Shown: piece after piece, positions 24,432-38,172 of the stretch
How positions within the stretch are numbered: the stretch's first letter is position 1
How the letters are laid out: the number at the start of each line of letters is the position of its first letter
Source of the DNA: Cenococcum geophilum
Taxonomy: Eukaryota
Direction: 5' to 3'
Length of the DNA stretch: 64,000 nt
NCBI GenBank assembly: GCA_050273025.1
Contig: CP158635.1
Span: 18,290,001-18,354,000, forward strand
Translations under genes and position numbers: made by a program
Notes under the pieces: model-generated
What the model saw: only the letters and a program-made list of their open reading frames with translations
Told to the model about the DNA's origin: nothing
Database searches by the model: none

Positions 24432-25378
24432 CAGTGTGGCTAACAGGCAGCGTCGCTGGCAGCGAGCTGCTGATGTAAGCAGTCAGTCAGCGTACATAGT
24501 TATAACAGTTAGTCAGCGTATATTTATGCAGCGCGCTAACAGCTCGCTGCATAGATAGTAAGGAAGGACTAATTTAGTAGTATTTTAAAGCCTTTAGCAG
24601 AAGTTAAGAACCCCTAGATCTTTAGCTGTAATGCCTTAATTACGTAGTACCCTATAAGGCGCCGCGTGAACTTATTTAGGTTCTACTACCTCTGCTTAAT
24701 GTCTACGAACTGCCTCTGCAAGCACGCCCGCGCTCACGCCTATGCCCGCGCACGCGCCCGCGCGCACGCGTAGTATACCCAGTATTCTGTCCAAATACTA
24801 ATTGCTCACAACGAGTTAATATATTAATGCGAATAGAGCCAGCCGGGCGGCCGTGGCGGCGCTTAACAGTTAGAGGCTAGGGTGGGCATAGGTAAGGCAA
24901 ATGCGAGGTAATGTTTTGGGTATACGCGCGACGGTTGCTCACTAATACAGATACAAATAACTTAAATTCACGTAATATTCTAACTTAATCAGGAAGGAAC
25001 TAAACTTAATCAGTAGGGAGTATCCGTGTATTAATTAGGGTGTCCGCGTAGTGTCCCTCTACTACTATCCTTCTTTAAAGCCTCTACAGCGTACTAATTA
25101 AATTTAATAATATTTAAACACTATCTAAGGTTAAATAAGGTAGATTTAAGACTAGGTAATACTACTATTTATATATATATATATACTACTAAAAATATAA
25201 AATATAACTCTATAACTCTACTAGATCTATATAATTACCCAATTAGGATAAGCGCGCTGACAGCTTTGCAGTCAGCGTATATACTTTTCCAGCGAGCGTC
25301 TAGCGAGCGGCTTGATTGGCTGCAGTCAGTCAGCGGAAGACGTCTTCGCTTGCTGAACGCTAACTATTGGCCACACTG
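24432..25378. mobile_element. Non-autonomous hAT DNA transposon (947 bp)
   Basis: TIR CAGTGTGGCYAAYAG at both ends. 8-bp TSD CGACAAGG at 24424-24431 and 25379-25386. Subterminal GTCAGTCAGCG repeats. No transposase recognised. Confidence 0.9.
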
Positions 25379-26109
25379 CGACAAGGCTATATAGGCGACG
25401 GTTAAATACAGTAGCCTTAGCTTTACAGTCTTAAATCTATAAATATAGGATATAAATATAAAGAAGATTTCTAATAAAAGCTGGTAAAAGGGTTAAAACT
25501 TTAGCCACTTTTCGTTTAGCCTATCGCGAAATAAAATAATATTTTACTATTTCTACCAGAGTCTCTACCTACTTGACTTATAGCGAGTTATAAAGCATTT
25601 ATAATAATCTATACTTTTACTTAAATAAATTTATTTACTACCTTAAAAGCAATAATAAAAGGTAAATCTATGCTAATAACCTAGGATTTTTTAAATTTCT
25701 TATAGACCTAGGACGTATACTACTTTAGTAACTATTAGTCGTGTTTAAGACTACGGTACTTATAAATTTATATCTTAAGGATATAAACATGTTTTTTTTA
25801 TAGTGTTTTCTTTTTTTTTTTTAATTATTTCTCTACTTATAGTATATAGCGGTTGTTTATCTATTCTAGTGTAGTAGGGAGGGGTAGTTAGGTTATGTAA
25901 GAGGGCTTAGACTTATAGCTACGCTTATAGGGCTATTTATATAGGAACTTCTCTAAGTATATATAAGGGGTCTTTATATAGGAACTTCTTTAATATTTCT
26001 AGATCTAGGACTTATATATTTCTTTTTTTTATAGTTTTAGTATTTTCCTAATATTTACTTCCTATTTATATACTAGGCGTTAATAGAGGGCGCTAGGTTA
26101 GATTACCCT

Positions 26110-26430
26110 ACTTATATAATTACTCTACTCGCATAATTGCCTAGCTTATATAATTACCTAATTCGCATAATCGCCTAGCTTATACAATTACTTAGCTTGT
26201 ATAATCGCCTAGCTTATATAATCACCTAGCTCGCAAAAGTACTATACTTGCATAATTACCTAGCTCGCAGGATTAAAGCCGCGAAGTTATTAAATCCATT
26301 AATACCCTATTTACATACTAGGTATTAATTAGAGGGCGCTAGGTTAAACTACTTTACTTATATAATTACCTAGCTTATAGGATCCCCTAGCTTTTATAAG
26401 CCCCTAGCTTCTACAACCTCCTAGCTTATA
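26110..26430. repeat. 21-bp degenerate tandem repeat (CGCATAATYGCCTAGCT..)
   Basis: Visible periodic ataattacctagct units. Confidence 0.75.
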
Positions 26431-29258
26431 AAACTAAAGCTATAGCCACTAAATTCGTTAAGATCCTAGCTATATGTTTAGAGGACGCTACGCCTAACTA
26501 CCTAGTTTGCTATTTTTATAGAATTCCTTAATTAATTAATGGTGCCTATTCGGAAAATATCCCTTAATAACTTTCTATAATAGAAATTTCTTATTACGCA
26601 ATTCCACAAGGAGATTTACTTCCTTAACTGTCTATGCTAACTCTTTAGCGCGAAGGATATAGCTATAATGGCGCTAACATACACCCAGTATTCTCCTCAA
26701 TAGGGCTTTTATAATATTATTCTATAATAAAACTATAAGTAATACCTGGTAACCTAGCTCTATAAGGATTTAATCTTTATAAGGTGTCTAATTTTAAGAC
26801 TAGGGCTCCTATAAGGCTTTATTTACAATAACACTCTTTTTAAAATATTAGTAAAGCTATTAGAAGTTACATCTAAGAAAAGAAACTAATTAGCGATATA
26901 TGCTAAAACTCTATATCTAGGTTATAGGGTTATAAGAGATCCTATATGTTATTTAACCTAGTAAATATAAGTAATATATAGCCTTAGTAGGATAAGGTAT
27001 AAGATATATAGGATTAGGTATATCTCTAAAATTTAAGCTAGCGAATACGGTATCTATTTAGCAATATTTATAAATAGAAACCTATATTACCTTAAAAAGT
27101 ATATAATAGCTTTCTCTTTATTTGTCTATTTCCTACTTACTCCGGTATTAAGAAAAAGGCTATAATATTTCTGCTTATAACCTAATATTGGTCTATTAAG
27201 CTTAGACAAAATACTGCCCTAACTATTACCACCCCTAAAGGTTATGTTTATTAACTTAAATTATTCCTTAACTAATTAAGACTTATATATAGATGCTAAG
27301 GGCTCGTTATTTATATAAGAGCTAGTCGAGTTATACTTTATAAAGTATTAGTAGAGTCTTACTAGGGAAAGGCTAATAGTGTAAACTAATAGTTTAGGTA
27401 GTTTTTAGAGAGCTAAGTTAATTAATATTAAGCGGGTAATCAGCGCTAGTAGCTCTAGATTAACTATTATTAGTAAAACCCTCGCTAGACGCTAGACTGG
27501 TCACTCTTAACTTATTAGGAATATCTATAAAGTAAACTTTATTATCTGGATTAATAGATTTTATTAATATTAAAAATAATAGTAATAGATTACATTGCTA
27601 GAGTAATTAATTAAAGTGTATCTTATATTAAAACTATAAGAGGTATATTAGGAGCGTTAGCAGTAATTAGGAAGATATTTAGCGAAATATATCTATTTAA
27701 TAGAGCACTAGGCGGCTAATAAATGTAATAACACTATTAATACGACTCCCCCTTAATGCACAAGCGCTATAATTTTAAGAATTTCGGACGCATGTATATA
27801 AATTCACATTATAGTATAAGCGGATTTATTTAAAGACAAGGATTAATTTTAATTATATACCAAAATCTTAACTTTAAGCTAGATATAAAAAAACTACTAT
27901 TAAAGGTCCGTAATATTTAATGAGTGGATATAGCTTCTATAAGAGAGTACTATATACACCTTTCTCTTCAATATAGTCCTGTAAGTCTTAGAGAATCGCC
28001 TAGATTATAGTCTATAATTTAATTAGAATAGATACTATATAGGAGATATTAAATATACTTAGACTTATAATGCGTTAGAGCGATTATATATTAACTTAGA
28101 AAAAGCAGATATATAGATAATATTCTATACTTTTTACTCTCTAGTTCTTCTATAAAGAATACTAAGGAAATCCTATAGAGGCTTAGGGAACGAATAAATT
28201 ATTTTATAAGAGAGTATATCCGCAGTCTTCTTATAAGTCGGAGTCTTATCTATTAGAGTCTTATTTAGGCAAGTACTAAGAATTTCACTTAATATTATAT
28301 TATTAAGTGTTTAGGGGACTTATTAGTATTATATATATATAGGATTTACCAGACCCCTAAATGCCCTTTACTAGTTACTTAGGCCTATAGTAATTTAATT
28401 AGACGATAAACTAGTGCTAAAATGCTTAAAATTATCTAATTTAGAAGGTATTATTTCTTTACTTTACGAGCTCTCTATAGGCCAACTAATTCTAGTAATA
28501 GAAGACGCCTTTTTTAGATCTACCTTAATAGATTATAGGGTATTCGCTCGTTAATAAAGCTTAGTAATCAATGCACTATATTTAAAATCTTAATCCTAAC
28601 TGTAAGCGGCTGTTAAAGTACTAATAATTAATATAAGAGGCAGCTAAATATAACGCTTTAAGAAATTAATAGTTGGCGTAATCTAGTAAGTTGCGGCTTT
28701 AATAAGTAAGCTAATAGTTAAATAAGCATCTATATTAAAGAGTAAAGAGCGGCTATAAATAGTTAGCGGAAATAGGATAAGCTAGTAAATAGTTTAAAAG
28801 GAGTGGTAAAAATAGTAAAGTAGGGTAGTAATAAATAAAAGATATAGAAGACGCGTTAAGGTAATTAGTAGAGTGGGTAATAAAGGTAATTATATATCCC
28901 TAGTATAATAGGGCAGAAATCAGCTCTATATATTAGGTATTTTCGTATCCTTTTCTTTAGATAGTATCCTTAGATCTATTAAGGCGTCTTACTCTTTAGC
29001 TCCTTAAGGAAAAAATTATTATAAATTATATATCCTACGCGTTAGTTAGAAAAGGAATCCTCTAATAATATTAAGGCTTACGGCCTTTTATAACGGAATA
29101 AGCTATATTATTAAATATTTTATATTATACGCCTAATTAAGTTTGCAACTTATATTACCTTTTATCTTAGCTATAAAAAAAGGTCTAATTTTTAACTATG
29201 TATTATAAGCAAAAGCGAGGTTAATAATTGCTACTATATTAGCGCAGCTCTAATAAAG

Positions 29259-29329
29259 GCCTTACGCTAATTATATCGCTTTAATTGGGTGCGTGATACT
29301 TAATTAAAGCGATATAATTAGCGTAAGGC
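29259..29329. repeat. Perfect 28-bp inverted repeat with 15-nt loop
   Basis: GCCTTACGCTAATTATATCGCTTTAATT (29259-29286) and its exact reverse complement (29302-29329). Confidence 0.95.
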
Positions 29330-29634
29330 TTTTCTAAGTTTTAGGGGCGCTAGCGACCTACTAGGGAATTAAAAGCGGAGGGGAACTACACTTAACTACA
29401 CTTTTATCTTAATATAAATTATATAACTTATAACCTACTATTATAGACTTTAGTATTATAATAGCCCTAGATCTTATCTATAATACTTTTAATAAGTAGC
29501 TTTAACCTTATCTCCCTAATATTATATATACTATTTAAAGGCTCTAGAAGATTTTTAATAACACCTTTTAATATTTACCGCCTCTTTTAGAGAATAAACA
29601 CGGCTACTATAATTTGCTCTATGCTCCTTTGGAA

Positions 29635-29890
29635 AGTAAGAATATTTAGCCTTTTTTAGGGAATTAGAATATTGTCTAGCCTTTTTTAGGGAGTAAGGAT
29701 GTCTAGCCTTTTTTAAGAAATAAGGATAATGCCGTCTAGTCTTCTTTAGGGAATGTTTAGCCTTCTTTAGGGAATAAGGATATTGTTAAGCCTTCTCTAA
29801 AGAGTAAAGATATTTAGCCTTTTTTAGGGAATAAGGATAATATTGTTTAGCCATCTCTAGGGAGTGTTTAGCCTTCTTTAGGGAATAAGG
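29635..29890. repeat. Irregular ~24-30-bp tandem repeat (TTTAGCCTTCTTTAGGGAATAAGGA)
   Basis: About nine degenerate units visible. Confidence 0.8.
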
Positions 29891-30601
29891 TTGCTTCTCT
29901 ACTTTCCCTTTTACCTAGATATATAAACCTACTTAACGTATTATTAGTAAACCTCTTTAAGATTCAGATATTAATTAATATATCTATAGGGAAAGATCTA
30001 AAGGCTATTATTAGTAAACTAAAGTGGTTAAATAAATATCCCCTTATTAAGGATCTTATTACTTATTACGGACGCTTTAAGTACAATGTTACGACTACTA
30101 GGAGAGGAGTCGGAAGAAGCTAGTTGGTTAATAAGAGCACGGTCTAGGATGGATTTGGTAGAGCTATGTGACGAGGAATGGTAACTAAGGTCACATAATA
30201 TAATCTATATAATCTATAGGATCTGTGTAATCTGTAACAGAGTAGATAGAGCGCACGTATATTACGTATAAGAAGGATTTTATAGGAGTATAGTTATGTA
30301 TTTAAGGACCCTTAGTCCCTACCTAGATAGTTCCTTCCTTGTAGTAATTCTTAGAATATAATTAGAGTTAATCTATTAGGCAACCACTCTACCAGTTATT
30401 ATTCGTTGTTGACTTTAATTTGTATTACCTACACACCTAGCCTATTAATAGAACCCACCGTAGTACTTGCTATAAGGTTCCGTTATATAATTACTACCTA
30501 GTTACGGTATTAAATATAGAAAGTTAAATAACACGCCACTAAAAGCAGCCACTATAACGCTATCGACGGCGGCAACTACTTTAAGGTCAGGTGACACTAG
30601 T

Positions 30602-33520
30602 ATGGCAGACACTGACTTATAGCAACCTGTAACGGTTAGGTAGTTACAAGAAATAGTTAACTAGTTAATGGAAAATAATGCAGCACTTAAAGTAAGGATT
30701 AATGGGATAGGCGTAGTAAAGGTTAAGTTACTATCAATTAAAAGATTCTTAGGAGAGAGATTAAAGCTTAAAGGATTTCTTACGTAAATGCACTTTAAGG
30801 TCGCGCAAGAAGGAGCGAAGCTGGCGACACCTATGGATTAAATAGCGTATGCAGGGCTATTCTTGATAGGAAGAGCACTTAAATGGTTTAAGTTTTACCT
30901 TATGGAGATATAAGCAAACGGAATAATAACTACGAACTAAGAAGTACGGTTTATGTTTTTAAGCTAGAACAGATTTATAGAACGACTTACGCAAATGTTT
31001 AGAGACCTAGAGGCGACGACTATAGCAGAAAGAAAACTCTAAGATATTACGTAGTGAACCTTAGCAATTAAGTATATAACGTAGTTTTAAATATTAGTAA
31101 TATAAGTAGAGTGGAATAATAGGGCGCTTATAGCACAGTATAAGTAGGGACTTAAGGCTAAAGTCTAGGATGTAATTATTTTAATAGAAGATGCGGACAC
31201 CCTAAGGGAATTAATAGATTAAGTGATAAAGATTAATAATAGGATCTACTAAAGGGAATAGACTAAGAGAGGTTATGATAGAGTTCTATAGTTGTATAAG
31301 ACGTAGAGCACGTAATGACTAAAGCTAAGTTAGAAACTATAGTATAGCGCAAAGCTAATGGACCTAAGTAGTACTAAAGAAGCCTATAAGAGATGGAGTA
31401 AAAGACTATAAAAACCTAGAGGTTAAGGATCTAGTAATTATAGGACTAAGGAGTAGAGGCTAAACTAGGGATCTTAGTAGTAGAAGATGTTTAGGCGGAC
31501 TCTATAGCAAAGTTAATGGTTTAGAGATAGAGCTTATATAAATTACGGAAAATAAGGTTACTTCGCGAGGGATTATAAAGATGGTTAGAGTTATTATATA
31601 ATAAAGGGAACTAGACTAGCGGTAGGAGACACATACGTATAGAGAGATGATAGTGTACTACGAGGAATAAAGGAATGTTTAATTAGAAGTTTTGCGTTTT
31701 GTTATAACAACGCATGCTAAATTTATAAAGACGCTAAGTACGGCGTAAGCTATTAGCTATAGGAGCTAAAATCTATAGAGTATAGAGGGACTAATGAACT
31801 AGTTCGCAGATTGGACATTAAGGACGATAAATTTAATATAGGCGAAATATTCTATAATGATAAGGTAATAGAGGCGGCTTACTAGGAGTATATAGACCTT
31901 AGAGATGTTATACTAGAGGTAGAGGATAATTCCACTATAGAATAGGGAACATTAGTAGGGATTAAAACCCCACTAGATACGATGTTTATTGCTTTATAAG
32001 ACGTAAGAGAAGTAGGATAGCGAACTACTTCGGCACTTAATAAAGGCAAAAGGCTAAAGGCTTAAGATTCTTAAGATGAGATAAGAGATAACTAAGATTC
32101 TTAAAACGAGATAAGGTATACCTAAGGACCTATAATAGACAAAAACCAATGGAGCAGGGTAGTAGCTTAGTTTAAAGATATACGAATAAGCTTAGGATAA
32201 GAATTCCTAACGGCATAAGATTCCTAAGATGGGATGAGTAAGATTTAAGACTCTTAAGACGAAATGAGAATACTATGGATGCTTAGTTAGACTAAGGCGG
32301 GAGCTAAACTTAAGTTAAAAGTAAGCTTGGGATTAAAGAATCTAAGGGACAAAGAATTTGGAGCGCGAATTAGGATACCTATAAGTAAGAGGCAAAAGAC
32401 TTCTTTATAGATTAGAGAATCTGTAATATAAATAGTAGTTAGACTAGGAGACAGATATATAAACCTAGAAGACTTACTAGGAAAACATAGTATTTGGCCT
32501 AAAGATTAAAAAGTTAATACTAAGATTAAGAAGTAGGAGGACTTTAAGGATCTACTCGCAAGACGCAATATAAAGGAAACTATGGCAGAATTTAGAGCAA
32601 GAATTACTGTATGGCAAGAATAGAAACTAGATAAGAGATTTAGTATATTGGGACGTATAAGGGATAGAGCGCTAGTATAAAGGATTACTAATAGGCCTAG
32701 AGTAGGCACACTAAGAGCTAAGTAGCTTACTAAACTGGAATAAGAAGAGGATTTAGGGATTCCTACTAGGTTTAAGGAACGACATACTAAAGGATGTTAC
32801 GACGCAGTAATAAAGAGATATTTCCTTACGGATAAGCCGTATATACTTAAGCAGTTGTACTAAAAGTAGTATAGGCAACGATATAATGATAAGTAGGAAG
32901 ATTTCTATATATAGCTGAACGAAAAAGTTATCTAAGACTACCCGATTATAAAGAAGGCTATAACTTATATTAAGGGAGCCTTAATTATAACGTTAAAGGA
33001 TCTAGAGGAGTAATTAGAGGACTAGAGAAGCAAAAGGTGAATCTTAGTACCTGCGAATAAAGTTGCAACGCTTAGATTAATACGAGAAAGGTTTAAACTT
33101 AAGGATAAAGACGAGCCGAGAGTTAACCTAAGATACTAAGTATATTACACACTATTGTGGATAGTATATATGGATAATGCGTGTAATATGCATAGAGCAC
33201 TAAAGGATAAAAATTGGAAGTATTTAATAAGGATATATTGGATGACGGATAAGGCGAAGTATTAAAATGCTAAGTATATGCATAGTTGGCACCTAGTAGA
33301 AGTTTAAGAGTAAGGGGACTTGATACTTTAACTAGGAAGATTCCTTACGGAAGAATGCCTAGATAGACGATAATGGTGGGAATATCTAGAGAATACCTAT
33401 TTATGGCATATTAAAGATAAGAAGCGAACTAAGTATTGGCCTAAGTTAAACTAAGTATAAATAGGATCTAGTAGCTAATAGTTAGGAAAAGTAGAGGCCT
33501 ACGGGACTAGAGGGAGCTAG
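30602..33520 (+). pseudogene. gag: Long gag of element A (~970 codons, RIP stops)
   Basis: RFLGERLKLKGFLT capsid motif. Zinc knuckle at 31535-31576 (de-RIP CINCGKQGHFARDC). Ends after a GGAAAAG slippery-like site at ~33485. Confidence 0.8.
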
Positions 33521-35714
33521 TGGTAGAGCCTTAGACCCTTAAAGGAATTTAAGGGCGATACCTAAATTTATAAGTAAAGTAGTAAGATTAACAGTTTAAG
33601 GTACTAATAGATAGTGGAGTAATAAGGAACTATATCTTACTAGTAGTAGTTAAAAGAATGGAGTTACTATATAGACAGAAGGAACGTCCTTACTTATTAG
33701 TAATAATTTTAGGAGATCTAATAGCCTATAGAGGAGGCATTATTAATCTTAAAATAAGACCTATTTAGCTAACTATTAAGGGAAGACAAATCAAGATGTC
33801 TTTTAATATATTACTATTAGGGAATAATAAGGCAGTATTAGGAATGCCTTAGTTACAGGAATATAATCTAAAGATTAATTGGATTATAGGTTAGGTCGAT
33901 ATTAGGGATACTTAACGCCGCAAGATGTAATAATAAGCTAAGTTAGTATAGTACTAAGTAGGAGCGACCTACAAAGAAACAGAAAAAGGGCTGAGCTATA
34001 TACTAAAAAGATACTATAAGTATGGTAAGAAACTATAGTCACTAGAGAGTAAAAAGCTATTAGAGTATATAGTATAGGACTATAAAATAGAATTAGAACT
34101 AGGAATAAGTCTAAGATTTTTTCTAATCTATAAGCTTACTAAGGAAGAGGGTAGAGTACTAAAAGAGTTTATCTAAGAAAACTTATAAAAGGGATATATT
34201 AGATTATTGTAGTTATTAGCGGGTTATCTAGTACTATTTATACTAAAGAAAAATGGCAAACTAAGGCTATATATTGACTATAGATAGTTAAACAGTACCA
34301 CTAAAAAGGATAGGTATTCTTTACCCTTAATTAGCGAAATCTAAGATAGGATAGGTAATATGTAAATCTTTACGAAGATAGATCTAAGATAGGCGTACCA
34401 TTAGATTAGAATTAAGGAAGGCAACGAGTAGAAGGCAGCCTTTAGGTTAAAGGAAGGACTATATAAACTATTAGTTATATAATTCGGGCTTATAAACGTA
34501 CTAGCAACGTTTTAAAAGCGAATTAATAATATATTAGGAGAATACTTAGATGAATTTATTATAGTATATCTTAACGATATTATTATCTACTTAATAACTA
34601 AGGAAGAATACGGAGAATATATTAAATGGGTCTTAAAGAGACTATAAGAAGAATAGATGCTAGTAGTAATTAAGAAATGCGAGTTCTTTACTAGGAAGAC
34701 CGATTTTATAGGATTTATTATTAAACTAGGCCAACTTAATATAGATTTAAAAAAGATTAAGGCTATAGTAAATTGGTAAGAACTAGAGAATGTTACGCAG
34801 TTAAGATTGTTTTTAGGGTTTTGCAATTACTGTAAAAGGTTTATAGCGTAATAGTTAAAGGATATTAAACTATTTACACGACTAATAAAGAAAGAAGAAC
34901 TATGGGTATAGGGAAAGGAGCAATAAGAACTATTTAAGGAAGTTAAGAGGTTGTTTACCTAGGAACTAGTTCTTAAAATCTATTAACTAGGACTAGAGAT
35001 AGTTATAGAGATAGATGTATTAGACTTTATATTAAGGGCATATTTTATATAAAAGTATCTAGATAGATAGTACCTAGTGGTATATTATAGTTAGAAGATA
35101 ACACCATTAGAGTTAAACTATAATATTTATAATAAGGAGTTATTAGGTATAGTTACAGTATTAAAGAAATAGAGAGTATTCTTATAAGGTATAGAGAAAC
35201 TATTTATAGTTAAAATAGATTATAAGAACCTAATAGGATTTTTAATAATAAAGGAACTTAACTAAAGATAAGTTAGATGGGTAGAGATGCTTATAGAATA
35301 CTATTTTAAGATTTAGTATACTAAGGGCATAGACAATACGCGAGTAGATGCGTTAAGTTAAAAGGCTAAACTATAAAACGATAAGAAGCTATTAGGGGCT
35401 TTACTATAAAAAGATATAGACGGATTAATTAGGTATAATTATCTAAAAATTATAGTAACTTAAGAAAACGAGTTAGAAAAGGTCTATAAGATACTAGAAA
35501 GCTTTTAGGTATAAAGAATTTTAGAAGTATAACTAGAAGATCTATAGTTAGATATATATAAAAACTAAGAAGTAATATATATCCTAAAAAGCATAGTAGA
35601 GTAGTTTATAGAGGATTTCTATAAGGGATTAACTTAAGGACATAATGGAGCTATAGGCTTAGTGTTAAGACTTTAAGAGGAGTATATTATTAATAGAATC
35701 TAGAGGATAGCTAG
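33521..35714 (+). pseudogene. pol: pol part 1 of element A: protease, RT, RNase H, start of integrase
   Basis: VLIDSG at 33601; LRLYIDYR.LN; YLND(=YLDD) at ~34567; EIDVLDF(=ETDASDF); NYNIYNKELL. Confidence 0.9.
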
Positions 35715-38172
35715 TGTGGGAGGGTACGACCACTCTTAGATAGGAAAGTCATAGTGCCGTCTATCTGTCTGTTGGTCGGTCAGTCAGTTAGTTAGTCGGT
35801 CGTTAGTTGTAATTAATTAGTAGGAAAGCAGTCAGTAAGAAGAAAGGAAAGAATGTATTCCAGTAGGTCGTAATAGAGAGAAGGAGAGAAGCCGAAGGCT
35901 CGATATATATAGGAAAATGCCAAGGCACTAAGCAGTGGCCTATTTTACCCTACCACATACCTCCCCTACTAAGAACGTTGTCCCCTAACGTTCTATACTA
36001 TAAAAGAATAGCCAAATAAAAGTAAAGCAAAAGCAGAATAGAAAAAGGAAAGCACACCCCTAAAAGAACTCAGATAACCCTATCCTCAGCTCTCCTATAG
36101 AACTGTTCTATAGTGCCCCTTTATTACCTATAGCTAAGATCTAACCTAGTAACTAGGACAGTAGTAAACTAGAAACAATAACGGTAGCAGTAATAGTAGC
36201 AATAGCAGTAATAGCAACGGTAATAGAAATAGTAATAAAAGCAGACAGTTAGCGTGGTAAGATAAAGCAAAACAGTTAGCGGTAGAGCGGTCAGTAATAA
36301 AACAGTTAGTAGAAGAACTCGGTCTATATAGTAAGCAGTAGGATATCTAGCAGTAGAGCTTTTAATAGCAGAACACTCGGCAGCGGTAGACGGTTAGTAG
36401 CAGTTAGTTGGTAGTAGTTAGTAAGAACGGTAGCAGTAGAACAATCGGAATAATATAACGGAACAGTTGTAATAGTAATAGTAGTAGTAGCAGCGGCAGA
36501 ATAGCTAGTTGGCAGTAATAGAATAAATCGGTTGGAATAGTAGTATAGAACGGCATAACAGACCTAGTAGATCTAGCAGTAAATAGACCTAGCAGCGGTA
36601 CAGATCTAGGACGGTAGAGACAGCAGTCGGTTAAGATAGTAGGGACAGAACAGTCAGACGGAATAGCAGCAGCGGCGGCGGCGGTAGTAGGGCAGTCGAT
36701 CAAAATGGCAGAGACTACGGCCCGACTCAGTGGTTCGGCTAGTTATTTAATATCAGGACTCTGCATCTAGCTCTGCATCGGTCTGCATTATACACGGCTC
36801 TCAATTAAGGCTCTATCGGTGGCTTTGCATCAGGTCCTGCATCATTAGGCTTTACGTCCACATCGTTCTGCATCTAGCTATGCATTAGGCTACGCATTAG
36901 GCTGTGCATTAGTAGCTCTGCATTGCATACTCTGCGTGCGTGTCTATATGCCTGCTTTAACTGCTAGCTAAAGACTGTCTAATTGGTCGGCAACAACGTG
37001 CTGCAACTAATCGTTCGGTCATTCGATTAAGGTAGAAAGTTAACCCGGTTAAAGGCCCTAATTATCCTGATTTAAATGCGGAGACAGCGTTTAGCTAATC
37101 GAGATTTAATAAGGTCCTGGCTTAACTTAAGGTGTCTTCTGCTGTACGTACGACCTAGGCTCTGCATCCGTAGGCCCTGTATCTACAGACAATTAATTAA
37201 GACTTTGGCTATGCAGTCGTTCTATTAAAGCTTTATATCCATATAGTTAATTAATTAGGGCTCTGCATCCGTAGTTGATTAAGGCTCTTAATATCTACTA
37301 GACGTCTAATCTAGAGACCTATCTTAAGACGTCCTTCCTTATAGGCATAAACGGCAGCTTTTTAGTTATAACTACCTCCGTCGCATATCCCTTGCCCTTA
37401 CGTCTATAATACAGTCCTTTTATTAAGACAATCTTTAAGAGGTGCTGGCTCCTATACATCCAATTCCTATTTCCCTTATAATCCTTAACAAGGTCCTTTA
37501 CTAGCTTAGTTAGATACGGCTTTATCCTGTCTTTAGTCGCATAAGGATAGCTTGGGCTTAATATAGTTAGCTATACCCTATGTATAATCTCTCGCAGAGC
37601 ATCTTTATCAGTGCCTCTTCATATGCTACTTTACGATTCCGCGGTACTTGTTTCCAATATCGTGCTACTATCCTTATATAGGCCCCTTCCTTGCCGCGGT
37701 ATCCGTCCTTGTCTTGCAGCTGGCGCAGTACTAAATTCGGGTGGTAGTGGCAGAGTTGTAATTAGCTGTCATTTAAATAAGGAACAAAGTCGGCCCAGCT
37801 AAAGGCTCTAATTTAACGACATTTGACTGATTCAATTCAGTAACGGCGACGTGCTGATATTAAGGCTCTGGCTTGATTCGATCCTTTGACTAACTATAGC
37901 TTTTATACGGTTATTCGAGACCAAGGCTTCCGTATAGTCGTTTAATTAAGGCTCTACGTACAGCTCTGCATCTAGCTCTGCATTATACAATCAGCTCTAT
38001 ATCCGTACAATTAATTAAGGCTCTTAGTGCCGTTCTTGTTATACAGCTAGCGCATTATTAAATTCCGGGGGCGGTGTAGAGTTCTGCCGGTTCTACTGCT
38101 GAATGGACTAATTAGGATTTTCCGTGCCGGGTATAGAAAATCGCTATTAGCTTGGCGACAGGCGGTAAGCTA

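Noticed and set aside
30488..30505. Self-priming or tRNA PBS for element A
   Set aside because: Only weak, RIP-dependent complementarity to the LTR; not supportable.
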